Positions 6,498 through 7,803 of a stretch of 7,803 bases of DNA are shown here, piece after piece. Positions within the stretch are counted from its first letter, which is position 1. Every line of letters starts with the position of its first letter. Under the pieces are notes generated by a model. The model saw nothing but the letters and a program-made list of their open reading frames with translations, was not told where the DNA came from and did not search any database. The stretch is taken from NCBI GenBank assembly GCA_000388065.2, contig KB932201.1; one strand, given 5' to 3'. A program made the position numbers and the translations under genes. The stretch comes from Fonticula alba ATCC 38817 (Eukaryota; Protista; Nucleariida).

Positions 6498-7422
6498 GGC
6501 CCCCACGGCTGCCTCGCCGATGGTGGCTGATGGTCTGCGACCGGTGGCCCTCCGGCCGGCTGGCAAGCTGGTCGCCTGGATGCTGGGATCGCGGGGAGGT
6601 GCGCCATCCAGCCCGGCCCCGACCAGCCCGGCCCCCCCCAGCCCGGCCCCGATCGAGGCAAAGACCCCGCAGCCGCCAGCCGCCGAGTCACTTGAGGTGG
6701 CTAGCCCCCGGTCAGCCGCACGCCGGGCCCTGACCCCGGTGCAGCAGCAGCAAGTCCAGCAGCAGGTGAGCCTCAAGCAGGTCATGCAAGAGGAGCTCCT
6801 TTCGCAGTCGCTCCCATCGCAGCTGCCGGTCCCGACGCCTGAGTCCGGCCGGACGATCACCGCCGTCGGAGCCAGCCTCCAGCTGGGTCGAGCCCCCGGG
6901 TCGCGCTTTTCCCGGCTGCCCACGCGCGTGGTGGCCGCGGCCACCAGGGACGCCGCCGACAGGGCGGCCACCGCCGCCGGCCCTGGTGGCACGTCCGCCA
7001 CGCGGCCGGGCGCCGTGGCTGCGGCCTCGGCTGCCAGACCGAGCCTCACCGGCAGGCCCGGCGGGGCTGCCCGACCGAGCGCCAGCACTCGGCCGAGTGT
7101 CGGCGCCCGGCCGGCGCCGGGGCCCCCGGTGACTCGGTCGGCTACGGCCGCGGCCGCGGCCAGGACCACGCCCCCGGCCAGCCGGCTGTCCCAGCGTCCC
7201 GCCCGTGCTGCTACCTCTGCTTCGGCCGGCTCGGTCGCGCCGGGGCCGACAGGCGCCCGTGTGCCTACGGGGGGGGCCACTGCGCCGGCTGGCCGTCGCT
7301 CTGCCGTCCCGGCCCCCGCACCGGCCTCTGCGCCACGGAGTCGCGAGGAGGAACTTGCTGCCCGGCGGAAAGCCGCACGCGAGGCCGCCAATGCCTCCTT
7401 GCGGGCCGGGCGGCGGACCTGA
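4799..7422 (+). CDS. NUSAP1: Two-exon gene, join(4799..5447,5597..7422), 824 aa. NuSAP-like (nucleolar and spindle-associated protein family) disordered microtubule-associated protein; no SAP domain seen.
   Basis: ATG 4799-4801 follows a pyrimidine-rich leader. The exon 1 frame (ORF 4562..5596) joins the exon 2 frame (ORF 5467..7422) exactly through a phase-1 GT-AG intron (G|GC = Gly217), and the stop is TGA 7420-7422. Motifs: RFDSAHQQQFDLMKSI (F at 5671) has the same F/H/F/M/S/I spacing as the human NUSAP1 segment FKKLHEAHFKEMESI; RPVALRPAGKLVAW (6538-6579) resembles RPLNYEPHKGKLKPW; the C-terminus is a charged helix, SREEELAARRKAAREAANASLRAGRRT. Reference sequences are recalled, not searched. 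Gene structure confidence ~0.85, family assignment ~0.65, start codon less certain. Confidence 0.8.
5448..5596 (+). other. Spliceosomal intron, 149 nt, phase 1
   Basis: Donor CAGG|GTATGG at 5448, pyrimidine-rich body with a poly-C run, branch point GCTGAC at 5572-5577 (A 20 nt before the 3' end), acceptor GCGTAG|GC at 5596. Removal fuses two long ORFs in frame; if retained, the exon 1 frame stops at the acceptor TAG. Confidence 0.9.
6433..6495 (+). repeat. Coding CAG/CAA repeat encoding polyQ21
   Basis: 21 consecutive Gln codons in the exon 2 frame, with CAA interruptions in the 5' half. Confidence 0.95.
6608..6652 (+). repeat. Coding 15-nt tandem repeat x3, encoding SPAP(T/P)
   Basis: ccagcccggccccga / ccagcccggcccccc / ccagcccggccccga. 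Confidence 0.9.
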
Positions 7423-7803
7423 ACAGGGTGTCCCCTCCGGTCCCCCCGGTGCCCAGGCACCACGCTGGGCAAGAGCGCGTACAAGGGGTATTGTCGCGCG
7501 AGCGTCCTGCTTCACACATCCCATGAGTCGCCTTGGGCATCCCCCCCCCCCCAAAAAAAAAGCATACACACGCATCCCATACATCCATGCGCCGACATCC
7601 ATGCAAGCGGACGCCTTCCTTTCGAGCGGAGCCGAGGCCGGAGGGGGGAGGGGGCGCGCGGATCGGCCGACGGAGAGAGGGACGCAGGGCCGGGGGCCGG
7701 GTCGCCGGTGTTGGGTCGGACCAATATCATACTTCAGAATCAGGGATACCAGAACCGTCCGAATGCAGAACAGTGATCGGACCGCGGAGGGGGCCGGGGG
7801 GGG

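Noticed and set aside
6765-6780. Strong donor-like CAG|GTGAGC inside exon 2
   Set aside because: The nearest AG gives only a 15-nt intron, I saw no branch consensus nearby, and the frame reads through without a stop.
5655-7484. 609-aa minus-strand ORF, plus 4696..5694 (332 aa)
   Set aside because: Antisense shadows of the GC-rich CDS: poly-Cys mirrors polyQ, poly-Ser mirrors the acidic tract, and no motifs are recognisable.
742-7552. Four poly-C runs preceded by CAT (G-run then ATG on the minus strand) near 742, 3267, 3603 and 7538
   Set aside because: Only four of about nine runs show it, the downstream ORFs are unrelated, and the sample is too small to separate from chance.

Overview
GC-rich (~65-70%) eukaryotic DNA from a draft assembly with two N gaps. 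The fungal-type splice signals (GTATGG donor, GCTGAC branch, TAG acceptor), long C/G homopolymers and (CA)n tracts fit an opisthokont or holomycotan protist such as Fonticula; this is inference, not an identification. One gene is well supported: a two-exon + strand CDS, join(4799..5447,5597..7422), 824 aa. The product is mostly disordered and Pro/Ala/Ser/Arg-rich, but it carries, in the right order, short motifs matching the NuSAP (NUSAP1) spindle-protein family as I recall it: FxxxHxxxFxxMxSI, RPxxxxP-xGKLxxW and a terminal charged helix. It also has a candidate bipartite NLS, CDK sites, SxIP motifs and a D-box. About 0.4-0.7 kb upstream is a cluster of CHR (TTTGAA), Myb (AACGG) and E2F (TTTGGCGGGA) sites resembling an animal DREAM/Myb-MuvB G2/M promoter. 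The left ~4 kb has no callable gene: microsatellites, a Z-DNA-prone (CG)10(TG)n tract, poly-C runs, two hairpins and a coding-like fragment on the minus strand. The 60-bp duplication around the 10-N gap is probably an assembly artefact. The other listed ORFs look like GC-rich shadow frames.
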